Notes under the pieces: model-generated | Seen by the model: the letters and a program-made list of their open reading frames with translations, nothing else | What the model was told of the DNA's origin: nothing | Database searches by the model: none | Position numbers and translations under genes: made by a program | Assembly: GCA_963663965.2 (NCBI GenBank) | Contig: CAXXFK010000006.1 | Location: 160,001 to 224,000, forward strand | Origin: Sedimentisphaerales bacterium | GTDB lineage: Bacteria; Planctomycetota; Phycisphaerae; Sedimentisphaerales; SM23-30 | Reading direction: 5' to 3' | Length of the DNA stretch: 64,000 nucleotides | Part shown: positions 40,049 through 48,934 of the stretch, piece by piece | Numbering within the stretch: the stretch's first letter is position 1 | How the letters are laid out: every line of letters begins with the position of its first letter

Positions 40049-40555
40049 ATGACTGTGATTAAATTTGAAGCATGTAAAGATGAGGATGATGGAGAAATCA
40101 AATGGAAATGGTTTTATACCAAATATGAGCCAACAGAATACGAGGATTACCCTGAAGTCTCACGAAAACAGCATGATTCATTGGGGTATTTCCGAATTCG
40201 ACCTGTTGTATCAGATGGGGCTTTTACGCTTGGGCAATATTCAGCATTAGGAAGGCATCTTAGAAAACTAAATTACAAGCTTGGAAAACTACCTGACAGA
40301 ATAAAGCCTACACACAAGTTACCTGAATGTATATTAAATATGGACGAATGCGACACATGTGAACACAAAGATAACTGTGAAAACATCAGTCCCGACCTAA
40401 ATGAAACTCGTTCAATTGGAAAACTTCTACAAGAGATCACATCAAATGCTGAAAACATGTTAGGAAGCGGCTCTTGGAATGAAGTATCTGGGAGCCTTGG
40501 GCCTCGCTTTGGAGGTCTGCAATCTTCACTTTCAGAGGGGATACACAATTTCTGA
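40049..40555 (+). CDS. Hypothetical protein, probably the 3' part of a gene cut by IS4
   Basis: 168-aa AT-rich ORF whose ATG lies inside the IS4 right TIR; Cys cluster ECDTCEHKDNC. Confidence 0.4.
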   Translation: MTVIKFEACKDEDDGEIKWKWFYTKYEPTEYEDYPEVSRKQHDSLGYFRIRPVVSDGAFTLGQYSALGRHLRKLNYKLGKLPDRIKPTHKLPECILNMDECDTCEHKDNCENISPDLNETRSIGKLLQEITSNAENMLGSGSWNEVSGSLGPRFGGLQSSLSEGIHNF

Positions 40556-40679
40556 CACTTGCAGAGTCATGGGAAAAACTCACAGAGAGCCAGAAAATTG
40601 CAGTGAATGGTATTGTTCAGGTGATAATGACACTTTGATACTTTTTGAAACGAACGGATTGTAGATATTATTCCGCATA

Positions 40680-41138
40680 GGAACCACCCTCCGCAGGAAC
40701 CGCTTGACGCTGTCATAACTGCCGTCAAACCCCTGTTCCCGCTGTAAATCCTGAAAGATCCGTTGCCCGGAATGCCCCTGACTGAGCTTGGTCTCGATGA
40801 TCGAGGCATACCGCTCACACTGACTCCGGCGGCCACTCGACCCGGCGGGCGAAAGGGTCGTTTTTGGCCCTTCTCCTTCCGAAGAGCCGGGGGGCGAAAT
40901 AGTCGATTTTGTCGCCGCACGCCCCAACCGCACATAGCGGCTGACCGTCTGGCGATGCAAACCAAGCCTGCGGCCCACCAATTCCAGGTCGTCTCCCCGG
41001 AGCAACCGCAACACCGCTTGCTCCTTGACTTGAACACTTTTACGGGTTTTCTTGACTTTCATCGGGATATCTCCTTGGACAATGGGGCTATCATACCAAT
41101 TCTAATTCGCTGTCCAAGATAATTGCGGCCGCCCCGCA
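40680..41138 (-). mobile_element. Chimeric IS remnant: IS3-like left end and orfA start fused to an IS21 istA N-terminal fragment
   Basis: End-like TGCGGGGCGGCCGCAATTATCTTGGACA at 41138; KEQAVLRLLRGDDLELV; then LGLHRQTVSRY...GRRSQCERY..IIETKL...SGQRIFQDL...GFDGSYDSVKRFLR. Confidence 0.7.
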
Positions 41139-41436
41139 GAACCTCTTAAGGAGATGTATTCAAAAAACTGCGATAAGGGTTGAGCCAGCAACTGGACCAT
41201 CGTTATATATTTTGGTACCTGGGGCGTATAGATAGCCGAATTCTTTGAATCTGTTGAAAAGGAATCACAATGTTAAAGTTTTATTTTACACCTTAACTTC
41301 ATGTAATAAAGGGACTTAAGTGGATTTGAATAAGTTGAGTTTTCCAAAAAGATTTTTGGGTGTGTGAAATTGAGATTTTGTGATATTGCTAAATAGATGG
41401 TACGATAACATTCTCATCTGTATTTAGGCAGTATTT

Positions 41437-41952
41437 ATGACAAGCGATCAAAGAAATAGTGTTTTTGTTGAGTTATTCAGCTCAAATTACAACAGGATCA
41501 AGTCCTTTATTCTAACTCTTGTTCCTAATACTTCAGATGCCGAAGACATCCTGCAGGAAACCTCTAAAGTCATGTGGGAGAAATTCGAAGAATTTAAGAT
41601 AGGCACTAATTTTGCTTCGTGGGCTATAACCATTGCCAAATTCCAAGTATTGTCTTATCGGAGAAAATTCAACACTAAGGTTCCTCTAAGCGGAGATATA
41701 ATCGAACTTTTGGCTGATGAATCAGTCGAACCTTTGAAAAAAGAGAATGAGCGACTTAATGCTCTTAGAGATTGCAAAAAAAAACTCAAGGATAAGGATG
41801 CCAAGTTACTTAACTATCGTTTTGTAAACAGGAAAACCGCTAAAGAACTTTCGAAGCAAATTGGTGTTTCCATGAATACTATCTATCGTAATGAAGCAAG
41901 AATACTCTCTTTGCTGCTTGACTGTGTTAAAAGGGAATTAAGGATAAGTTAA
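41437..41952 (+). CDS. ECF sigma-70 factor (Planctomycete/Verrucomicrobia type)
   Basis: DAEDILQET, GTNFASWAITIAKFQV and a region-4 HTH; paralogous to 15380..15985. Confidence 0.92.
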   Translation: MTSDQRNSVFVELFSSNYNRIKSFILTLVPNTSDAEDILQETSKVMWEKFEEFKIGTNFASWAITIAKFQVLSYRRKFNTKVPLSGDIIELLADESVEPLKKENERLNALRDCKKKLKDKDAKLLNYRFVNRKTAKELSKQIGVSMNTIYRNEARILSLLLDCVKRELRIS

Positions 41953-41954
41953 TA

Positions 41955-43622
41955 TTGGATACTCAGTCATATAAAAAACAGTTAAATGAGCTTAGGGTGT
42001 TGATTACCCGATCTCTTGACGGCAGCATATCATGTGAAGGAGTGGACTGCATAGAGAAAATTCTTGCTTCAGATGCCAGCTTTAGAAAATACTATAGAGA
42101 ATTCTTAGCCCTTTACTGTGATGTGGAAACTGTGCTTGGCGGTGACCAACAGAATCTGACAGACACCGACGGTTTAATTTTTAGTTATGATTTTTGGCAG
42201 GAACTTTCGGATTATGAAAAAATTTCTCCCAGGATTGAACTTCCTCCAAAGCAAAGCCCTGAACAAGTTGGACCTGTTGTTATTCATCCGGCACGAGATA
42301 AAAAGTCTGTAAGTAAGTTTTCGATATTTACTTTTATTTGCAGTGCTGCTGCATTGATCTTTATTGTTCTGTTTTTAGAGTTCTCTCCTGAACCTTACCC
42401 GAGGGTCGAAGTTGCCACACTTGTTGAACAAGCCAATGCCAAGTGGTCTGATTCTGATGGGTCTTTTGAAAATGGCTATCGTTTTTGGACTAATGATATA
42501 CCGAAATTATTGAAAAGTGGAGTCATTCGTATTCAATATGACAGCGGTGTAGAGGTCTTGATTGAAGGACCGGCAAATTTTGAGATCGAACGACAGGGGG
42601 TGTTCTTTGACTACGGACGTGTCTACTGTACTGTTCCGAATACAGGTTCAGGTTTCAGTATTGAGAGCTCAAACTGCCGCTTTCTTGATCTGGGGACGGA
42701 ATTTGGTGTCCAGGTGGATATTGATGGTTCATCTGAGTTGCATGTATTTAAGGGAATCGTTGAGCTATTTGCGGGTACCAAGCAAAAAGAAAAAAACCGT
42801 CAAACGATTCGGGAGAACAGTGCCGTCAAGTTCGAAGCAGACATGAATACAGTCAGGAACATTCCGATTCAAAAGAGAAAATTTATCAGCAGGATGCCTT
42901 TGACGAGTGAAATGATCGTACAAAACTACAGACCTTATGCCTATTGGCAGTTCGACACAGATAACGACCGTCAATGTATCGACACAATGGGAACGACCCA
43001 ACCGGGTGTGAAAACCGGTCGTTTGCAGAACATACCGGGTCCCCGACTTTGGGATTCAGGTGCGAATCGTGCGCTGCAATTTTCAGACTATCAGAGCAAC
43101 GTGTCAGTTTCCGGCATCAACAGAGATGCATTTATGGGAACCGGTTATACAATCGCTGCATGGGTGAGGATTGATCAGTTAAGGACCCAAAATATACTCT
43201 CAAGTATCATAACGGCATATGAAATGCCCAATGGTCATGTAGAAAAGTTGCTGGGGGTGGATTATCAAGGACATTTTTATTTCAATTATATATATAGAGC
43301 GGGGGTCACTGCTTTGAAAGGGAGGACAAAAGTCAAGCTTGGACAATGGTATCATGTTGTCCTTGTGCTTGATATTCATGGTAGTGCGAAGCGTTTATAC
43401 ATCAATGGCAAAGTAGATGCTGAACTCGTGCCGTCTAAAGAAGAATCCCCAGACAATATCATGAAACAGTTGCCTATTGATAAGTTATCTTTTGGTGATG
43501 TGATAGACTCTGCATTGGGGGAGGGCTTTAAAGGGGCCTTGGATGAGATTTTAATTTTCGACAAAGTGCTTAATTTTCAGGAGATCGAATCACTGTATCA
43601 ATTGACTGTAATCGAGCGATAG
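41955..43622 (+). CDS. FecR-like anti-sigma factor with a C-terminal LamG domain
   Basis: TM segment FSIFTFICSAAALIFIVLFL; GVEVLIEGPA, DLGTEFGV; LamG motifs AYWQFD, QWYHVVLV and FKGALDEILIFDKVL. Confidence 0.87.
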   Translation: MDTQSYKKQLNELRVLITRSLDGSISCEGVDCIEKILASDASFRKYYREFLALYCDVETVLGGDQQNLTDTDGLIFSYDFWQELSDYEKISPRIELPPKQSPEQVGPVVIHPARDKKSVSKFSIFTFICSAAALIFIVLFLEFSPEPYPRVEVATLVEQANAKWSDSDGSFENGYRFWTNDIPKLLKSGVIRIQYDSGVEVLIEGPANFEIERQGVFFDYGRVYCTVPNTGSGFSIESSNCRFLDLGTEFGVQVDIDGSSELHVFKGIVELFAGTKQKEKNRQTIRENSAVKFEADMNTVRNIPIQKRKFISRMPLTSEMIVQNYRPYAYWQFDTDNDRQCIDTMGTTQPGVKTGRLQNIPGPRLWDSGANRALQFSDYQSNVSVSGINRDAFMGTGYTIAAWVRIDQLRTQNILSSIITAYEMPNGHVEKLLGVDYQGHFYFNYIYRAGVTALKGRTKVKLGQWYHVVLVLDIHGSAKRLYINGKVDAELVPSKEESPDNIMKQLPIDKLSFGDVIDSALGEGFKGALDEILIFDKVLNFQEIESLYQLTVIER

Positions 43623-43702
43623 GGCTATTGCGAGTGCCATTAAATCAGGGGACAAATAATTGTTGTCACCAGGAATATTTGAAAAAGGGAAAGGTAGATA
43701 AT

Positions 43703-43761
43703 ATGAAAAGAAAAGCGTTTACACTCATTATACGGTGTTTCGATTACTTGACGGCCATTAA
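43703..43761 (+). pseudogene. Collapsed remnant of a prepilin/H-X9-DG gene
   Basis: A purine-rich RBS precedes MKRKAFTLI; LLDGH* follows about 15 nt later in another frame. Confidence 0.5.
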
Positions 43762-44025
43762 CGGTTGCCGAGTTAGTTCGTAGGTAAATGGTAAATGAAT
43801 GGTGATAAGAATGAAAAGATTAAAAACATGTGGTATTCATGAAAGGGGGTGTGACCAAAGATAGATGGCTGTAGTTTCGTATATGAAGTGTGTGTGATGG
43901 ATCGATTGCGTGTCAACGGAGTAATGAAGAAACAAAAGAAATGGTAAATGGTAAATTGCCGGTTGTTTTTAAGTCTGTGGGAATGACAGGCAATCAATGA
44001 AAACACAGACTGGAGGTAATCTTTA

Positions 44026-46617
44026 ATGAGACATGTATGTTTATTTTTAATGATTGCAATGTTCGTGGTGGCCTCGGCACCCGCTGAGACGGTGGTGATA
44101 CCTACGACCTTCGGTATCGGTGCGGATGCAGGTGCTGGCGAAGAAGTTGGTGGAGACAGTGGCAATGCTGTGGGCAATTCCATAGGCGTTCGGTATAACG
44201 GTAATGACCGACACTCGGACATGTTCGTACGGTTCGATCTGTCACAGATTGTGCCCGGCTCAATCACCAGCGCAGAAATGCACCTGTTTACCTGGCGTTC
44301 TCAAACAACTCAGCAGCATAACGTCTGGGGCCTCAACGACGGCGTGTCCGACGGCTACAACACAGGGGACGGCTTGACCAGCCACCAGGGAGAGTTCTGG
44401 GCGGAAGACGGAACGTTTAAGTGGAGTACCGCCCCGGAAATGGTGGTTGATGGTAGTTCAGTACGAGCCGAGACCTTCGCCAACAGCGCCAATCTGGGCA
44501 ACTTCACTGCCCCAGGGTCTCAGGGCGCTAATTTTATTGCCCTTAGCGGAACAAATCTGGTCAATTTTCTCAATGCCGACACCAACGGCGTTGTCACGAT
44601 GATTATCGAGCGGATCAGCTCCTCCGGCGGCAATTATGTTGTTTACACGACGAAGGAGACCACGACTCTCAACAGCGGCGCCAGCGTTCCTGCCGGGTCA
44701 ATGGCACCCTATCTTGTACTGGAGGCCCAGTCGTATGCGGTAAGTAATCCGTTACCGGCCGATAATGCGGCGGACGTCGATGCGGCAGGGTTAACGTTGA
44801 GCTGGGATGCGCCCAGTGCGCCGGGAACCTTTACGTATGATGTCTATATGTCTTCGCCGTCTGATCCGTCTGATCCAAACCTGTTGCTGGTATCCGGTGA
44901 CCAGAGCGGCACAAGCTACACTCCATCGCCTCAACTGGCTTATCAGCAGGGATACAACTGGCGTGTGGATTCTCGGCAGGGCGGCTCAGTCGTTGCTGCC
45001 GGCAACGAGTGGTCATTTGAGACGGGCGGCGGCGTTTCCAATCTGTCTCCGACCGACGGCAGCGAAAAGGTCGGCTACGCGAAAGTCCTGCTGGACTGGG
45101 ACGCTGCTGACTGGGTGTCCAGCTTTGATGTGTACTTTAGTGACAATCCGGGCGACCTGGGCACGCCGGTCAACACGACCGAGACCGAGCTTCTGGTTGC
45201 CGTGGATCCGAATACCGTTTATTACTGGGCGGTGGATACCAAGGATGCCGGCGGTTCGGTGATCCTGGCCGGTGAGACCTTGAGTTTCTCGTCCGGTGTG
45301 ATGATCGCCCATTGGAAACTGGACGAGACCAGCGGTACGGTCGCGGCCGATTCGTCCGGCAACGGCTATGACATGGATGTCTCCGCTGTGGATCCGAATG
45401 GTACGGCCTGGACGGACGCCGTTATCCGCGGCGGTTTGGAAATGGTCCCGCCTCCGGATTATGCTGCTGTTAATACTAGCATCGGCATGGGCGATTTGGA
45501 TCAGGTTTCGGCAAGTGTATGGCTCAACAGGTCTGATTTTGCTGAGAGAACGAATCAGTATCCTTTTAATATTCGCGGCTTACATGAGCTTACAGTTGGT
45601 ATAACGACTGATGATAATGGGCTCTTTGTTTGGTTCATTGACGACGGTGTCAGAACTACTTGGACGCCAGGTATTACGATCCAGGCCGAAGAGTGGTATC
45701 ACGTGGTGGTTACTTACGACCTGAACAGCAGTCCCCGGTGTAAATTATATCTGAACGGCAGCTACGTCGCGGGAACCAATATGTCATCGACACCGAAAAC
45801 GCTGGACACATTCCAGTTTGGCGGCCGCGTGGGCGGCCCGATGGATGATGCCCGGGTTTACAACGCGGCGCTGTCGGCGCAGGATGTAGCAGACCTGTAT
45901 GCCGAAGACGCCCGTGCCAAGAATCCGGACCCGGCCGATACCGAAGACCGCACGCCCTCGGATGTGGTCTGTGCGTGGGATCCCGGGTACGATATCACGG
46001 GTCAGACGTTCCAGATCTCCGAGACGGACGATTTCAGTACGCTGCTTGACAGCGCCACACTGGCGGCCGGCGCCACCAGCTACGATCCGCTGGGCGGAAC
46101 CAATCTGGACTTGGATACGGTGTACTACTGGCGTATCCTTTCCGAGCAGGGCAGCGGTACCTGGACCGTTGAAGGTACGACCTGGTCGTTTAAGACGATT
46201 GGCCCGGTCGCGACCGATCCGGACCCGGCTGATACCGAAGTAGATGTGGCTCAAAACAAGGTCCTCGGCTGGCTGGCCGGAGCCAACTATAATCCCAACA
46301 CCACCGATGAGCACCAGGTGTATATTGCCGCCGGGACGACAGAGGCGGCTCTGCCGCCGTTCCCGACTGCAACGGTTCAATCCAATGCGTTTGATCCGGA
46401 CCTGGATTATGAAACGGCGTATGTCTGGCGTGTGGATGAACTGATCGGCGGAACGCTGTACACCGGCGATGTGTGGTCCTTTACGACCGGTGCGCGGATT
46501 TGCGATCCGGAACTGGCCGGTGATACCAACGGCGACTGCGTGGTGGATATGACGGACTTTGCGAATATGGTTGCCAACTGGCTGGAGTGCACCCTGGTCA
46601 ACGGGGATTGCCCCTAA
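44026..46617 (+). CDS. Secreted, apparently non-catalytic modular protein: DNRLRE/CBM96-like + Fn3-like repeats + LamG + dockerin-like tail
   Basis: RBS GGAGG; signal peptide; FVRFDLS...LHLF; four YxWxVD-type modules; AHWKLDE and MDDARVYN; GDTNGDCVVDMTDFANMVANWL..GDCP. Confidence 0.83.
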   Translation: MRHVCLFLMIAMFVVASAPAETVVIPTTFGIGADAGAGEEVGGDSGNAVGNSIGVRYNGNDRHSDMFVRFDLSQIVPGSITSAEMHLFTWRSQTTQQHNVWGLNDGVSDGYNTGDGLTSHQGEFWAEDGTFKWSTAPEMVVDGSSVRAETFANSANLGNFTAPGSQGANFIALSGTNLVNFLNADTNGVVTMIIERISSSGGNYVVYTTKETTTLNSGASVPAGSMAPYLVLEAQSYAVSNPLPADNAADVDAAGLTLSWDAPSAPGTFTYDVYMSSPSDPSDPNLLLVSGDQSGTSYTPSPQLAYQQGYNWRVDSRQGGSVVAAGNEWSFETGGGVSNLSPTDGSEKVGYAKVLLDWDAADWVSSFDVYFSDNPGDLGTPVNTTETELLVAVDPNTVYYWAVDTKDAGGSVILAGETLSFSSGVMIAHWKLDETSGTVAADSSGNGYDMDVSAVDPNGTAWTDAVIRGGLEMVPPPDYAAVNTSIGMGDLDQVSASVWLNRSDFAERTNQYPFNIRGLHELTVGITTDDNGLFVWFIDDGVRTTWTPGITIQAEEWYHVVVTYDLNSSPRCKLYLNGSYVAGTNMSSTPKTLDTFQFGGRVGGPMDDARVYNAALSAQDVADLYAEDARAKNPDPADTEDRTPSDVVCAWDPGYDITGQTFQISETDDFSTLLDSATLAAGATSYDPLGGTNLDLDTVYYWRILSEQGSGTWTVEGTTWSFKTIGPVATDPDPADTEVDVAQNKVLGWLAGANYNPNTTDEHQVYIAAGTTEAALPPFPTATVQSNAFDPDLDYETAYVWRVDELIGGTLYTGDVWSFTTGARICDPELAGDTNGDCVVDMTDFANMVANWLECTLVNGDCP

Positions 46618-46655
46618 CATAGTATTTGATGTAATGTGAACGCATATTTATTTAA

Positions 46656-46690
46656 GCGGTCCTTCTCACTTCCTCGGCGGGAAGGACCGC
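46656..46690 (+). terminator. Stem-loop after the 44026 gene
   Basis: GCGGTCCTTC...GAAGGACCGC 10-bp stem; weak U-tract. Confidence 0.55.
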
Positions 46691-46740
46691 ATGCTTAATC
46701 GGCCGGGTGTTATTTTTATAACTTATCGAAAAGTAACAAT

Positions 46741-48432
46741 ATGTGCAACGTAATGAGAGCTTTTGTTTACAGTCTTTTTTCCCTGTTTCTGGTTCTTCCA
46801 GGTGTCGGTATGAGCGACATCAGCGTCGTGTGTGTTGGGGACTCGATTGTCGCAACGTACCCGGATACGGATTACCACCAGGGATGGGGTGAATCTATTA
46901 AAGAAAAACTCGTCAACACGACAGTTTACAACCATGCTGCGGGCGGGCGAAGTTCCAAGAGTTTTATTAATGAAGGTCTCTGGGCGAACGCCTTAGATCG
47001 GGTGGACAGCACATCAGCCGCATATGTCTTTATCGAGTTCGGTCACAATGACAATCCCGGCAAGGGGGAAGATCGTGAAACGGACCCCGGCGTCGATGGT
47101 GATTTCCGCGATTACATTCGGCAATATATTGATGACTCACGGGCACATGGAGCCATTCCGATTCTGGTAACGCCGCCACCCCGTCGATGGTTCAGCGGAG
47201 GCGTAGTCGGTGACACAGGCAACCTGCCCTATGCGGAAGCTATGATTGCCGTGGCCGCTGAAAAATCATGCAGTGTTGTCGATCTGAACACGCAAGTCCG
47301 GGACCTGTATAACAGTCTCGGTGAAGCTGGCAGCGACTATCTGATGGGAACATCATCATTATCGTACTGGACAAAAGATAATACACATTTTTCACATGCC
47401 GGGGCAATGATTCTGGCGGGCATGATTGTTGATGATTTATTGAGCCAAGAGGCTGGCCTGGTATCTTATATCGATTCCGATGGCGGCCCCGGTGCGATTG
47501 GCCCAGCCGTTTCACCGGTTCCAACTGATGAAGCGGTCGGAATTGATATCGAACCGACACTTTCATGGACCGCCGGGGCGAATGCATTGGGCCATGCGAT
47601 TAATTTCGGAACGACCAATCCCCCACCCTTTATCGGCAATATCACCGTCAATACACCCACACGCTATACGCCTGGCACATTAGAGCCGGGTGTTACTTAT
47701 TATTGGCAAATCGATTCGGTCAATCAGCGGGGATGGATGACTGGAAGCGTCTGGAGCTTTACGACATCACCGTACATTGAAATCAGGACCACGTACGCGA
47801 CAGACAGTAGCCGAACTGCCATTCAAACACCAAATACCGTTGTGGGGGGTGGAGAGAAACTCAGCGTACGGTCAGATGCCAGCGCGTTCAAATCGTGGAT
47901 CAAGTTTGACGTTAGCGGTTTGGATGTTGGTTCTCTGACAAGTGCTAAATTGAGATTAACGGTGTATGATAACCCGAGGTCAGTCTGTAATTTGTCGGTA
48001 ATTAATGACACCTATACAACGAATATCGGATGGACCTCTGCGGATCTGACATGGAACAATGCGCCGGGCAATAGTACCGGCAGTTATACGTCACTTGATT
48101 CGTCAGCAGCGACACTGGTTAAAACCTTTAATTATAGCAGTGCTACGCCGGGGGATCAGCTTTTCTTTGATGTGCTTCCGCTTCTTCAGGCTGATACGGA
48201 TGGGATTGTACAGTTTGTTTTGCATGGATCAAATGGGTGGACAAACTTTTACTCAGATGTCGCTGCCGGTGGCGAAGCTTATTATCCTGCGCTGGTAACC
48301 ACCAGTGTGCGAATCTGCGGTCCGCCGCTGGCCGGTGATACCAACGGCGACTGCGTGGTGGATATGACGGACTTTGCGAATATGGTTGCCAACTGGCTGG
48401 AGTGCACCCTGGCCAACGGAGATTGTCCCTAA
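46741..48432 (+). CDS. Rhamnogalacturonan acetylesterase-like SGNH esterase (CE12) + Fn3-like + DNRLRE-like + dockerin-like tail
   Basis: VGDS, GWG, NHAAGGRSSKSF, FIEFGHND, DNTHFSHAGA. Confidence 0.88.
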   Translation: MCNVMRAFVYSLFSLFLVLPGVGMSDISVVCVGDSIVATYPDTDYHQGWGESIKEKLVNTTVYNHAAGGRSSKSFINEGLWANALDRVDSTSAAYVFIEFGHNDNPGKGEDRETDPGVDGDFRDYIRQYIDDSRAHGAIPILVTPPPRRWFSGGVVGDTGNLPYAEAMIAVAAEKSCSVVDLNTQVRDLYNSLGEAGSDYLMGTSSLSYWTKDNTHFSHAGAMILAGMIVDDLLSQEAGLVSYIDSDGGPGAIGPAVSPVPTDEAVGIDIEPTLSWTAGANALGHAINFGTTNPPPFIGNITVNTPTRYTPGTLEPGVTYYWQIDSVNQRGWMTGSVWSFTTSPYIEIRTTYATDSSRTAIQTPNTVVGGGEKLSVRSDASAFKSWIKFDVSGLDVGSLTSAKLRLTVYDNPRSVCNLSVINDTYTTNIGWTSADLTWNNAPGNSTGSYTSLDSSAATLVKTFNYSSATPGDQLFFDVLPLLQADTDGIVQFVLHGSNGWTNFYSDVAAGGEAYYPALVTTSVRICGPPLAGDTNGDCVVDMTDFANMVANWLECTLANGDCP

Positions 48433-48470
48433 CGTAGTGTTTGATGTAATGTGAACGCATATTTATTTAA

Positions 48471-48505
48471 GCGGTCCTTCTCACTTCCTCGGCGGGAAGG
48501 ACCGC
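48471..48505 (+). terminator. Stem-loop after the CE12 gene (identical to 46656-46690)
   Basis: Same 10-bp stem. Confidence 0.55.
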
Positions 48506-48573
48506 ATGCTTAAAAACAGTGAAATACAAGTCTTTTATCTCTGCCATATTCGGGGATAACAGATAGCGGAGAA

Positions 48574-48801
48574 ATGAGAATGATCAAGTTTAGCTGCGGT
48601 GAATGTGGGAAAGTTTTCCGTATTTCTGATCAATACGCCGGAAAACGTGTCAGATGTAAGGGGTGTAACCGAGTTAATACGATTCCTTGGCCGCAAGATG
48701 AAGCACTGGGCAAGGGTGATAGCGTTGCGATGTATAACGCTCTTCTGAGAGAGTTGGCAAAGGCTGAAGAATCAGCGCCAACGGTAGAGATCGAGACTTA
48801 A
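48574..48801 (+). CDS. Small zinc-ribbon protein
   Basis: MIKFSCGECGKVFRISDQYAGKRVRCKGC (CxxC-X17-CxxC-like); RBS GGAG. Confidence 0.7.
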   Translation: MRMIKFSCGECGKVFRISDQYAGKRVRCKGCNRVNTIPWPQDEALGKGDSVAMYNALLRELAKAEESAPTVEIET

Positions 48802-48934
48802 AGCGGCACTTTAATAAAGAATGGCGACTCTATTTGGCTACAAGCGTATGAGGCATACGAGCAAGGCCAGGGTTGCTTTATGACTGTAACATGAGACTCT
48901 AAACAGGCATGATTTATCGTATAGTGGGGTAACA

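Larger units (their letters stand above)
37335..40057 (+). mobile_element. IS4-family element (DUF4372 + DDE transposase) interrupted by IS630
   Basis: Terminal inverted repeats CACAGCCATCCCATA and TATGGGATGACTGTG (14/15 match), with transposase halves inside. Confidence 0.88.
46513..48513. repeat. 186-bp direct repeat pair (46513-46698 and 48328-48513): dockerin-like tail + stop + 3' hairpin
   Basis: Manual alignment shows 5 mismatches in 186 bp, all transitions. Confidence 0.92.

Noticed and set aside
36370..41147. AGAACCTCTT at 36370 and 41138 as a possible target duplication around the mobile block
   Set aside because: Only 10 bp, one copy overlaps the IS3-like end, and there is no matching inverted end on the left. 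Chance cannot be excluded.
43780..43960. Short AATGGTA tandem repeats
   Set aside because: Only 2-3 short units with no spacer structure; this is low-complexity DNA, not CRISPR.
44026..46617. Classical cellulosome scaffoldin
   Set aside because: No recognisable cohesin repeats, and the protein itself carries the dockerin-like tail.
37215..48513. Diversity-generating retroelement (RT fragment + 3'-end gene repeats)
   Set aside because: The RT is a 27-codon intron-type scrap. The 5 repeat mismatches are mixed transitions (T/C, G/A, C/T, A/G, A/G), not adenine-specific, and both repeat copies are gene ends.
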